A stretch of DNA of 34,385 nucleotides from Mariprofundaceae bacterium (lineage in GTDB: Bacteria > Pseudomonadota > Zetaproteobacteria > Mariprofundales > J009): the NCBI GenBank assembly GCA_015489095.1, contig WFMN01000145.1:1-34385 (forward strand). Reading direction: 5' to 3'. The notes under the pieces were generated by a model that was given only the letters and a program-made list of their open reading frames with translations, was not told the origin of the DNA and searched no databases. Below are positions 19,364 to 27,466 of this stretch, piece by piece; the stretch's first letter is position 1, and each line of letters begins with the position of its first letter. The translations under genes were made by a program, and so were the position numbers.

Positions 19364-20109
19364 ACCAGCCCCTCAAGATCCGCCAGCATCGGGAACCAAC
19401 GGATGATCCAACTGGAGATGACGCTGAAACTACCGAGAAAGATGAGGATGCCCACCAGCATCAGCAACACGCCGGAGAGCTTCTCCACCAGCGCAAGGTG
19501 ACGCTTGAACCCCTGCGACCAGCGTAGGAACGCGTCGGTCGCCAGCGCCGCCAGCAGAAAGGGGATGGCCAGCCCCGTCGAGTAAACCGCCAGCAGGAGA
19601 ATCCCGTGCATCATCTCCGCCTGCGCCCCGGCCACCGCCAGAATCGCTCCCAAGATCGGGCCGATGCAGGGGGTCCAACCGAAGGCGAAGGCCGCCCCCA
19701 ACAGCAGCGCTCCCGCGCCGTGACGCGCATCGACCCCGCCGGCATCGAAGCGGGTGTCCATCATCAACAGCGGAATGCGGACGATGCCGGCATAATGCAA
19801 CCCGAACAGCACGATAATCGCGCCGGCCACCTTCCCCAGCATCTGCATATGCCGCAGCATCCACTGCCCCAGCAGCGTCGCCGACGCGCCCAGCGCGATA
19901 AACACCAAGCTGAATCCGACAATAAACCACACCGCCTGCAAGAGCGCCCGCCGTTTCACCCCCGTGGATCGCGCATCCTGCTGCCGCAGCTCGTTGACGG
20001 AGACCCCCGAAATATAGGAGAGATATGCCGGAACCAGCGGCAACACACAAGGGGAGAGAAAGGACAGCAATCCGGCAATCAGCGCCCCCGCCATGGTTAC
20101 TTCAATCAT
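19357..20109 (-). CDS. ccdA: Cytochrome c biogenesis / thiol-disulfide transporter CcdA (DsbD-family membrane protein)
   Basis: [22 protein letters not shown] and a second ...[14 protein letters not shown] motif. Multi-TM, 250 aa. GGAGAG SD upstream of ATG 20109. The 3' end overlaps metH by 7 nt (convergent). Confidence 0.88.
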   Translation of the reverse strand: MIEVTMAGALIAGLLSFLSPCVLPLVPAYLSYISGVSVNELRQQDARSTGVKRRALLQAVWFIVGFSLVFIALGASATLLGQWMLRHMQMLGKVAGAIIVLFGLHYAGIVRIPLLMMDTRFDAGGVDARHGAGALLLGAAFAFGWTPCIGPILGAILAVAGAQAEMMHGILLLAVYSTGLAIPFLLAALATDAFLRWSQGFKRHLALVEKLSGVLLMLVGILIFLGSFSVISSWIIRWFPMLADLEGLVQ

Positions 20110-20121
20110 CGGCTCTCTCCT

Positions 20122-20174
20122 ATCGTATGAGGAAGATTATCGCTCAACATCGTATGGGGAAGATATCGCTCAAC
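20122..20174. repeat. Tandem direct repeat (27 + 26 bp) in the ccdA / small-membrane-protein divergent spacer
   Basis: ATCGTATGAGGAAGATTATCGCTCAAC (20122-20148) followed directly by ATCGTATGGGGAAGAT-ATCGCTCAAC (20149-20174). An inverted repeat CGCTATC (20175-20181) / GATAGCG (20202-20208) follows. Confidence 0.8.
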
Positions 20175-20241
20175 CGCTATCTTGCCGATGGTAGGGAGGC
20201 GGATAGCGTTGGCAACCGAATCGTGCCAAGGGGGATTGCAG

Positions 20242-20538
20242 ATGTCCGACAATGAGCGGGAGGCCATCATCGCTTCGATCAGAAAACGCCAAGAAAACAT
20301 CGCGGTCGCGATCGGCGTGACCATCGCGATGACCCTCTCCACCTTCTTCTTCACCTACGCCCTGCTGGTGGATCGGGGGCTATCCGGCGCGCTGTGGATG
20401 ATGGCGATCGCCACCGTGGTGATGCTGGGCATCCTGATCAAGCTCAAATCGGTCGCCTTTTTTGTTGTTCGCCTATGGCTCGGCTGGCAACCGCGCTACA
20501 AGGCAGTGCTGGCAACGATGACCGCGACAGCGCCCTGA
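20242..20538 (+). CDS. Hypothetical small membrane protein (98 aa, 2-3 TM)
   Basis: MSDNEREAIIASIRKRQENIAVAIGVTIAMTLSTFFFTYALLV...MMAIATVVMLGILIKL...FFVVRLWLGW. AAGGGGG lies 7 nt upstream of ATG 20242. I recognise no family. Confidence 0.5.
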   Translation: MSDNEREAIIASIRKRQENIAVAIGVTIAMTLSTFFFTYALLVDRGLSGALWMMAIATVVMLGILIKLKSVAFFVVRLWLGWQPRYKAVLATMTATAP

Positions 20539-20541
20539 TCG

Positions 20542-21600
20542 TCATCCATCCACCTGTTTCTGCCGCTTCACCCAGCGTTCGAACCCGGCGTAGGCCTGCA
20601 TAAAACTGGTAAAAATCGCCACCGGCGCCTCGCAGACCAGCGATTGCCCCACGCTGCGCAGCATCGTCTCTTCACGGCGCAAAAACTTACTTCCCCCGTA
20701 GATCATCGCTCCCGCGGTGGCCTTTCCGCTCCGTTTCAACCGGGTTACCCACTCCTGCTCGCCGTGGATCATGATCAGCCACTTGGCATCGGAGGCGCAG
20801 TCTTGGCTGATCATCTCGCCCGCTTGAAACTCGCGCACCGTGGATGACTCCGCCAGCCACTGCCGATCGTCATCCGCCAGCTCGGCAAACGCGGGGTGTT
20901 CATAGGTGAGCGAGCGGATCATCCGCTGTTGCACCACCTTCATCAACCGCTCTCCGGCAATGGGCGAATGCGCCATCAAATCGCGGATGGTCTGATCGGA
21001 GAACTTCAGCAGACGGGCGTGTTCATGGGCACGCACCGTGGCCGAACGGGGGATGGCGTAGATGCAGGCAAACTCACCGAAATACTCCCCCGCCTTCAGG
21101 TTGGCCAACAACACCCGTTTTCCCTCCGGTGTGGTCATCTCCACATCCATCGAGCCGCGAAGGATCAGGAAGAAGCTCTTGCTCACCTCCCCCTGAACCA
21201 CCACCGCGCTGCCGCTACCGCTCTCCAGATACTCCCCCTGCAGCAGAAACTCGCGCACCTCTTGATCCGACAACTGCTCCACCAGCGAGAATTGGCGGAT
21301 CTCCGCCTGCTCCACCTCGGCGCCGCTACCGGCCATGATCTGCGCCATGCTCTCCATGTCGTTGATGGTTTCCGTGTCGGGGTAGCGCAGTTGGCGGCAC
21401 ATGGCCAGCAGCCCCAACTCCTCGCTATAGCGCCCGGCGGTCTGCATCCGCCGCGCCATGTTCATCGCCAGCGAGGCCGCGGCCTCGGTTTTTCCCGCCT
21501 GTTGCAGCATCTGAATCAGCGGACGCGCCAGATGCAAATCGTCGGGAAAGAGCGGCAACAGATCGCGATAGATCTGGAAAATACGGCCATGTTCCGACAT
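20542..21600 (-). CDS. Cyclic-nucleotide-binding domain protein (helical N-terminus, one canonical and one degenerate cNMP-binding barrel, no recognisable output domain)
   Basis: FFLILRGSMDV...LKAGEYFGEFACIYAIPRSATVRA is the FGE...R[ST]A phosphate-binding cassette. A second barrel-like region spans ~aa 240-340. Strong AGGAGG SD directly after the radical SAM stop. Confidence 0.8.
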   Translation of the reverse strand: MSEHGRIFQIYRDLLPLFPDDLHLARPLIQMLQQAGKTEAAASLAMNMARRMQTAGRYSEELGLLAMCRQLRYPDTETINDMESMAQIMAGSGAEVEQAEIRQFSLVEQLSDQEVREFLLQGEYLESGSGSAVVVQGEVSKSFFLILRGSMDVEMTTPEGKRVLLANLKAGEYFGEFACIYAIPRSATVRAHEHARLLKFSDQTIRDLMAHSPIAGERLMKVVQQRMIRSLTYEHPAFAELADDDRQWLAESSTVREFQAGEMISQDCASDAKWLIMIHGEQEWVTRLKRSGKATAGAMIYGGSKFLRREETMLRSVGQSLVCEAPVAIFTSFMQAYAGFERWVKRQKQVDG

Positions 21601-21609
21601 GGTAACCTC

Positions 21610-22440
21610 CTAAGCCAACCGAACCCTGATGCCAAGGTCGCCGATCTTCGTTGCCACCGCCTGCATCCATTCCGGCGAGGGCGCAACCACCGCCTGCTGA
21701 TGGGATGGACGCAGCGGAGCGTAAAGATGCACCCCCGCTATCCGCGGCGCAAGCGGCGCGATCAGGCGCAGATAGTGATCCACCACCGCGTCGCTTGGAA
21801 CCGCATCGCCATCGCCGGCGGCGGTCACTAGGCAGGTTTGGATCCAAGTCGGGCAGCAATCGGCCGCCTGCTCCACCTGCCACCGCAACCGCTCCGGACG
21901 CATCGTCACCCCGTTCACGCGGGCGATGGTGGCGGCATCGCCGCCATCCACCTTGATCCACACCTCTCCGCCACGCGCCGCCATGGCGCGCAACCCCTGC
22001 TGTACCAGCGCTTTTCCGCAGTAGGAGCCGTTGGTGATCAACCTGAGCGGCACGGTGGCGGGCAGCCCCGCCTCCTCCATCATCGCCACCAGCAGCGCCA
22101 CGATCTCGGCGAACTGCGCGCTGCTGGTCGGCTCGCCATTGCCGGAGATCGCCACATCCGAGAGCCGCTGCATCCCCTCCGGCAGTTCCCGCCGCAGGAA
22201 ATCGCCCCGCAACACCCGGCGCAGCATCGCGCTGAACTCGTCACGCAACAGCCCTAGATCAATCGTCGGCGCATGGCCGCGCGCCAGGTTGGGCACCTGA
22301 CAGTAGCAGCAGCGCCAGTTGCAGGCGTTGTTCGGGTTGAGGTTGACCCCGATCGACAGCCCCCCCGCCCGGCGCGACGCCACCGGATAGATGTAGCGCA
22401 TACCGGCGGCATCACGATCATGGTCGTCCGTGGTCAACAT
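21610..22440 (-). CDS. Radical SAM protein (small, COG0731/TYW1-like by eye)
   Basis: YPVASRRAGGLSIGVNLNPNNACNWRCCYCQV (Cx3Cx2C) and ISGNGEPT. 276 aa. Its ATG overlaps the rmuC TGA (TGATG). Confidence 0.8.
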   Translation of the reverse strand: MLTTDDHDRDAAGMRYIYPVASRRAGGLSIGVNLNPNNACNWRCCYCQVPNLARGHAPTIDLGLLRDEFSAMLRRVLRGDFLRRELPEGMQRLSDVAISGNGEPTSSAQFAEIVALLVAMMEEAGLPATVPLRLITNGSYCGKALVQQGLRAMAARGGEVWIKVDGGDAATIARVNGVTMRPERLRWQVEQAADCCPTWIQTCLVTAAGDGDAVPSDAVVDHYLRLIAPLAPRIAGVHLYAPLRPSHQQAVVAPSPEWMQAVATKIGDLGIRVRLA

Positions 22441-23717
22441 CAGCCTTCGTCATCCAAGGCGGCGTGGGTCACCGAATCCAGTTCCAACAGACGCTCGGCG
22501 CGCTCGGCCGGCAACGCCTCCACATCCTTGAGCTTACGCGCCATCACCCGGGTACGCACGCTGGTCTGGTCGATGGTGTTGGAGGCGGTCTCCAGCTGCC
22601 GTTTCAACCGCTCCAGCACCGCACCGAACTTGCCAAACTCGGTTTTCACCGCCGACAGGGTGGTCCACACCTCGCTGGAGCGCTGCTCGATCGCCAAGGT
22701 GCGGAACCCCATGCGCAGGCTGTTCAGGATCGCCGACAGCGTGGTGGGGCCTGCCACCACCACGCGGTAATCCTGCTGCAGCCGCTCGACCATCCCCGGC
22801 TGGCGCAGCACCTCCGAGTAGAGCCCCTCGGTGGGCAGAAACATGATGGCGAAATCGGTGGTATGGGGCGGCGCGATGTACTTGTCCGCAATCTCCTTGG
22901 CCGACGCCTGCACCGCCCTCAGCAGCGCCGCGGTGGCGCGCGCGACCCCGTCGCTATCCGCCTGTTCGGCGGCGTCGATCAACCGCTGGTAATCCTCCTG
23001 CGGGAACTTGGCGTCGATCGGCAGCCAGACCGGGCGATCGTCCGATGTTCCCGGCAGGCGGATGGCATACTCCACCGTTTTCGCCGATCCGGGGCGGGGC
23101 TGCACATTGTGCGCGAACTGCTCCGTGGTGAGGATCTGCCGCAGGATGTCGCCGAGCTGAAACTCCCCCCAAGTGCCGCGCGTTTTCACATTGGTCAGCA
23201 TCCGCTTGAGATCGCCGACCCCGCTGGCGAGGTGCTGCATATCGCCCAGCCCGCGCTGCACCGCCTCCAACTGCTCGCCCACCAGCTTGAACGACGCCCC
23301 CAGCCGCTTCTCCAGCGTGCTTTGCAGCTTCTCATCCACCGTCTGCCGCATCTGTTCCAGCTTCTTTTCGTTGCCCTCCTGCAACGACTCCATCTGCCCC
23401 TGCAGGGTGTCGCGCAGCCGCTCCAAGCGGCTCTCGTTGGAGGCCACCAGCGCCTGCACCCGCTGCTCGACCGCCGCCAGCCGCTCCTGCTGGCTATTGC
23501 CGATGTCACGGATGGTGGAGGTCAACAGATCGGTGGCCACCTTCTGCGCCGCCAGCAGCTCCTCGCGCAGGCGACGCGCATCCTCGGCAGCCTCCGCGCG
23601 GCTGATGCGCAACTCGTCGCGCACCCGCTCCGCCTCGTCCCCGCCGCGTCGCATCACCAGCAGCGCAACGCTCACGCACGCCAACCCCAGCGCAATCCAA
23701 CCCACAACATGCTCCAT
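22440..23717 (-). CDS. rmuC: DNA recombination protein RmuC
   Basis: N-terminal TM (VVGWIALGLACVSVALLV), a long coiled coil, and a C-terminal RmuC domain (DFAIMFLPTEGLYSEVLRQPG...YRVVVAGPTTLSAILNSLRMGFRTLAIE). 425 aa. Confidence 0.9.
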   Translation of the reverse strand: MEHVVGWIALGLACVSVALLVMRRGGDEAERVRDELRISRAEAAEDARRLREELLAAQKVATDLLTSTIRDIGNSQQERLAAVEQRVQALVASNESRLERLRDTLQGQMESLQEGNEKKLEQMRQTVDEKLQSTLEKRLGASFKLVGEQLEAVQRGLGDMQHLASGVGDLKRMLTNVKTRGTWGEFQLGDILRQILTTEQFAHNVQPRPGSAKTVEYAIRLPGTSDDRPVWLPIDAKFPQEDYQRLIDAAEQADSDGVARATAALLRAVQASAKEIADKYIAPPHTTDFAIMFLPTEGLYSEVLRQPGMVERLQQDYRVVVAGPTTLSAILNSLRMGFRTLAIEQRSSEVWTTLSAVKTEFGKFGAVLERLKRQLETASNTIDQTSVRTRVMARKLKDVEALPAERAERLLELDSVTHAALDDEG

Positions 23718-23719
23718 GG

Positions 23720-25012
23720 TTACTCCTCCGCTTCGGGATCAGCCGCGATCGCCACCATGGCCGCGATCAGCCGATCCAACTCGTCGTGACCGATGGTGTA
23801 GGGGGGCATGGTGTAGAGCAGCTTGCCGAAGGGGCGCAGCCAGACGCCGCGCGCCACCAGCCGCCGCTGCACCTTGGCAACATCAAGCGGCCGCCGCATC
23901 TCAACCACCCCGATCGCCCCCTTGACCCGCACATCGGCCACCCCGTCGTAGCGACGGCAACCGGCCAGCCCCGCCTCCAGCCGCGCGGCGATCGTCGCCA
24001 CCCGCGTTTGCCACGGCGAATCGAGCAGCAGGTCGATGCTGGCCGAGGCGACGGCGCAGGCGAGCGGGTTGGCCATGAAGGTGGGGCCATGCATCAACAC
24101 CGGCTGCGCGCCGGCCGCGATTCCTTCGCGCACCCGCCGGTTGGTCAGCGTCGCCGCCAGCGACAGATAGCCGCCGGTCAGCGCCTTGCCCACGCAGAGG
24201 ATATCGGGGGAGATCCCGGCCTGCGCGCAGGCGAACAGGGTACCGGTGCGCCCAAACCCGGTGGCGATCTCATCTAAGATCAGCAGCGCGCCGTAGTGGT
24301 CGCACAACCAGCTGACCTCCCGCACAAAGCGCGGGGCGTAAAAGCGCATCCCCCCCGCCCCCTGCACCACCGGCTCCATGATCACCGCGGCAATCTCGTC
24401 GTGATGCGCGGCAAGCAGCGCGCGCATGCTCTCCAGCTGCGCCTCGCACCCACCCTCCCCTTCGGGGGCATCGGCAAAGAGGTGGTCGGGCAGCATGCCC
24501 GCAAAGAGGTGGTGCATGCCGCTTACCGGGTCGCACACCCCCATCGCGCCGAAGGTGTCGCCGTGGTAGCCGTGGCGGATCGTCAACAGCCGCCGCCGCT
24601 TCGGCTCCCCCTGCGACTGCCAGAACTGCAGCGCCATCTTGATGGCCACCTCGACCGACACCGAGCCGGAATCGGCGAAGAAGAGCGCCTCCATCCCATC
24701 GGGGGCGATCGCCAACAGCCGCTCGCCGAGGGCGGCGGCAGCCGGATGGGTAAGGCCGCCGAACATCACATGCGCCATCTTGTCGAGCTGGGTGCGCAGC
24801 GCCGCATCCAGTTGCGGCACGCGGTAGCCGTGGATGGCGCACCACCACGACGCCATGCCGTCGATCAGCCACCGGCCGTCCGCCAACCGCAGGCAGACCC
24901 CCTCCGCCGCCACCACCGGATAGCAGGGATCGGTCGCCGGCATGGCGGCATAGGGGTGCCACAGGTGGTCGCGATCAAACGCCAACCACTCCGGAGCACA
25001 AGGCTGCGGCAT
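23720..25012 (-). CDS. bioA: Adenosylmethionine-8-amino-7-oxononanoate aminotransferase
   Basis: Class III PLP aminotransferase: HLWHPY..., WWCAIHGY, LILDEIATGFGRTGTLFA, VGKALTGGYLSLAATL. 430 aa. Confidence 0.9.
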   Translation of the reverse strand: MPQPCAPEWLAFDRDHLWHPYAAMPATDPCYPVVAAEGVCLRLADGRWLIDGMASWWCAIHGYRVPQLDAALRTQLDKMAHVMFGGLTHPAAAALGERLLAIAPDGMEALFFADSGSVSVEVAIKMALQFWQSQGEPKRRRLLTIRHGYHGDTFGAMGVCDPVSGMHHLFAGMLPDHLFADAPEGEGGCEAQLESMRALLAAHHDEIAAVIMEPVVQGAGGMRFYAPRFVREVSWLCDHYGALLILDEIATGFGRTGTLFACAQAGISPDILCVGKALTGGYLSLAATLTNRRVREGIAAGAQPVLMHGPTFMANPLACAVASASIDLLLDSPWQTRVATIAARLEAGLAGCRRYDGVADVRVKGAIGVVEMRRPLDVAKVQRRLVARGVWLRPFGKLLYTMPPYTIGHDELDRLIAAMVAIAADPEAEE

Positions 25013-25752
25013 CAGCGTGTAGGGGAGGCGAGCGCCCGCAGCATCTCCTCCACCGCTTGGGACGCCTGCTTCAGCGCCTGCTGATCACGGCTGGTCAGCA
25101 CGATCTTTCCCCACGGGTTTCCTTCGCACAGCTTGGGATAGGAGCCGATCTCCACCGTGGGGAAATCGTGCTGAATCTGCTCCAGTTGGCGGAAAAAGCG
25201 GCTCTCGAATCCGTGAAACTCGATCGCGTGGCGGTAGATGGCGGCGCCGCCGAACCGCGGCAGGATGCGCTCCAGTTGCGAACGGAAGATGGCGGGCACT
25301 CCGGCAAGGACAAACACCCCGTCGATGGCCGCGCCCGGGGCGATCGACTTCGGGCAGACCACCGGCGTCGCTCCTCGCGGCAAGCGCGCCATGCGCCGCC
25401 GCCCTTCGTTGAGCTGATCCTCGCCGTAGTGGTTGCGCATCAAGGCCAGTGTCGCCTCGTGGGTCAAAAGCGGAACCCCCAGCGCGGCCGCCACCGCCTC
25501 CATGGTGATGTCGTCATGGGTCGGACCGATGCCGCCACTGGTGATCACCGCATCTGCCTTGGCGCGCAGCCGCGTGAGCGTATCGACGATGGTGGCGTGG
25601 TCGTCGGGGACGATCGCCACCTCGATCAGACGACAGCCGCGCGCAAACAGCGCCTCCGCCACCACATGGCTGTTCCCCTCGCGCGTTTGGCCGGAGAGCA
25701 GCTCGTTGCCGATCACCACCATGGCCGCGCTTGCAAACCGCGCCGCCGTCAT
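25012..25752 (-). CDS. CinA-like / MoCF-biosynthesis (MoaB-MogA fold) domain protein
   Basis: AAMVVIGNELLSGQTREGNSHVVAEALFARG...ADAVITSGGIGPTHDDITMEAVAAAL. 246 aa. ATGA overlap with the MNT gene stop. Confidence 0.8.
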   Translation of the reverse strand: MTAARFASAAMVVIGNELLSGQTREGNSHVVAEALFARGCRLIEVAIVPDDHATIVDTLTRLRAKADAVITSGGIGPTHDDITMEAVAAALGVPLLTHEATLALMRNHYGEDQLNEGRRRMARLPRGATPVVCPKSIAPGAAIDGVFVLAGVPAIFRSQLERILPRFGGAAIYRHAIEFHGFESRFFRQLEQIQHDFPTVEIGSYPKLCEGNPWGKIVLTSRDQQALKQASQAVEEMLRALASPTR

Positions 25753-26072
25753 GAGGAGCCCCGATCGGGAAGCGGCTGCAACACCTCGTAATTTCGCAGA
25801 ATATTGCGATGAAAGGCGTCGGGAATGCGCGCCCAGTCAAGCACTTGAATCAGAATGGGGATGGTCGATTCCTCCAGCGCCTCCCGGAAGCGGAGCAGCT
25901 CTCCGGGGGCGAGCGGTGTCAATTCCGGGGTGCGAATCACCAGATCAAGATCGCTGCAGTCATGCGCGCTGCCATCCACGCGGCTGCCGTACGCCCAGAT
26001 CGCCACCGGCTGGGTTAGCGTCCGCGCCGCGATCTCCAGAATACGCTGCCGATCTTGCGCCCTAAGTTTCAC
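25749..26072 (-). CDS. Minimal nucleotidyltransferase (MNT) antitoxin-type protein
   Basis: VAIWAYGSRVDGSAHDCSDLDLVI (GSx10-11DxD pol-beta NTase motif). ~107 aa from GTG 26072. The track ATGs at 26117 and 26111 would overlap the HEPN gene by ~50 nt. Confidence 0.8.
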   Translation of the reverse strand: MKLRAQDRQRILEIAARTLTQPVAIWAYGSRVDGSAHDCSDLDLVIRTPELTPLAPGELLRFREALEESTIPILIQVLDWARIPDAFHRNILRNYEVLQPLPDRGSS

Positions 26073-26490
26073 TGGATGGATTTCGGATGGCGGTGGACAA
26101 CGCCTTGGCATCGGCAATGAACTGGGGCAACAACGGCAAGGTTTTCTCCGCCAAATCCACGCCGTAATCGTGTGCGGTCGAATTGCGGTTGTCGCGATAA
26201 AGCAACCACCGTTCCACCTCTTCCAGCGTCAATAGCCCATGGTGACCGGCGTGACGAAACAGCGCCTTGAACGGCAGTTGATCCACCGCCTTGGAGGAGT
26301 GAAAGTAGGGTTTCAGCGCCTTTCTCAGCAGCTTCCCCGCCTGCTCTAGAATAATCTCGAACTCCTTGATCGTCGCCGAGCGGTAGAGGTCGTAATCGAT
26401 GTGATCCGCATCCGTCTGCTGCAGCATCCGTAACGCCTTCTCCAGCGTCTGTATGCAGCGATCAAGGAAGGCGGTGTCGATCGTCACCAC
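26062..26490 (-). CDS. HEPN-domain protein, HI0074 'nucleotidyltransferase substrate-binding' family (toxin-type partner of MNT)
   Basis: ...EFEIILEQAGKLLRKAL...WLLYRDNRNSTAHDY contains the Rx4H HEPN motif (RNSTAH). ~142 aa from GTG 26490/26487, preceded by GGGGGG. The first ~47 aa of the track ORF overlap hisZ. Confidence 0.8.
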   Translation of the reverse strand: MVTIDTAFLDRCIQTLEKALRMLQQTDADHIDYDLYRSATIKEFEIILEQAGKLLRKALKPYFHSSKAVDQLPFKALFRHAGHHGLLTLEEVERWLLYRDNRNSTAHDYGVDLAEKTLPLLPQFIADAKALSTAIRNPSSET

Positions 26491-26500
26491 ACGCCCCCCG

Positions 26501-27460
26501 TCAGGCGGCGATCCACTGCCATAGGTCGCAAGAGAAGCCGGTCGCCGGTAGATCGCGGCCGTGGGCGGCCACCATGGTGTCGTAGCGCCCGCCATGGAGC
26601 AGCGGAGAGGGAACCCCTTGCGCGTAGCCACAAAAGATAATCCCGCTATGGTAGAGAAAGCGGGGGGTCAGCGCGCCGTCGATGACGATGCGACACCCCT
26701 CCCCCAGTCGGGACTGCACCGCCTGCCGCAGTGCACACAGCGCCTCCACCACATCGGCGAACTCCGCGCTCAGATCGGCGTGGCGCTGCAAAAAGGATTG
26801 ATCCGCCTCGCCTCTGGCCATCGCCAGCAGGATATCCGCCACCTTGCCGTCCACCCGCTCCCGTTGCAGCCGCTGCTGCAGATCCTCGGGCGAACGGCGG
26901 CGCAACAGCGCCACCCACGGCGCGAGATCGCACCCCGCGCCCAGCAGGCTGCGCAGCAGGCCGATATGGCCCAGTTGCAGCACCGGCGCGGAAAAATCGG
27001 CCGCACCCATCGCCTGCCCGGCCAGATGCAACACCTCGATATCGCCCGCAAGGCCGGCGATGCCGAACAGCTCCACCCCGGTCTGCCACTGCTGGCGCGC
27101 GCCGTACCCCCCTTCCGCCCGCGCCAGCACCACGGGGCCCGAATAGTGCAGCCGCAACACCTTATGCCGGCGCAATCGGGTTGCCACCAACCGTGCCACC
27201 TGCGGCGTGATATCGGGGCGCAGCGCCAACTGGCCGGCGTCGGCCGGATCGGAGAAGATGATCGTCTGCTCCGTCAGAAACCGACCCGCGCCACAGGCCA
27301 GCGATTGCGGCCGCTCCACCACCGGCGGAATCACCTCCTGATAGCCGGCCTCCGCGAACAGCGCCGCCAGCCTGCGCTGCATGGTGCGCAGCGCCTCCGC
27401 CCGCACGCCGAAGGCGTCGTCGATCCCCGCCACCGGGCGCAGTGCCGCCTCGTTGACCAT
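26501..27460 (-). CDS. hisZ: ATP phosphoribosyltransferase regulatory subunit (HisRS paralogue)
   Basis: FAEAGYQEVIPPVVE...LALRPDITPQVARL...RLHYSGPV...QTGVELFG...GGRYDTMVAAHGRDLPATGFSCDL. 319 aa, at the short end for the family. Confidence 0.8.
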   Translation of the reverse strand: MVNEAALRPVAGIDDAFGVRAEALRTMQRRLAALFAEAGYQEVIPPVVERPQSLACGAGRFLTEQTIIFSDPADAGQLALRPDITPQVARLVATRLRRHKVLRLHYSGPVVLARAEGGYGARQQWQTGVELFGIAGLAGDIEVLHLAGQAMGAADFSAPVLQLGHIGLLRSLLGAGCDLAPWVALLRRRSPEDLQQRLQRERVDGKVADILLAMARGEADQSFLQRHADLSAEFADVVEALCALRQAVQSRLGEGCRIVIDGALTPRFLYHSGIIFCGYAQGVPSPLLHGGRYDTMVAAHGRDLPATGFSCDLWQWIAA

Positions 27461-27466
27461 CGGCCG

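Noticed and set aside
20208-20224. TGGCAA-N5-TCGT, a sigma-54-like sequence upstream of the small membrane protein gene.
   Set aside because: Both the -24 and -12 elements are imperfect. A start site 10-12 nt downstream would leave no room for the AAGGGGG ribosome-binding site before ATG 20242.
21610-22440. Radical SAM protein as a prokaryotic viperin-like antiviral enzyme.
   Set aside because: The sequence around the cluster (GVNLNPNNACNWRCCYCQV) and the GNGEPT motif look more like small COG0731/TYW1-type radical SAM proteins than viperins. There is no adjacent nucleotide kinase or other defence gene. This judgement is from memory only, and the gene is kept as part of a lower-confidence finding.
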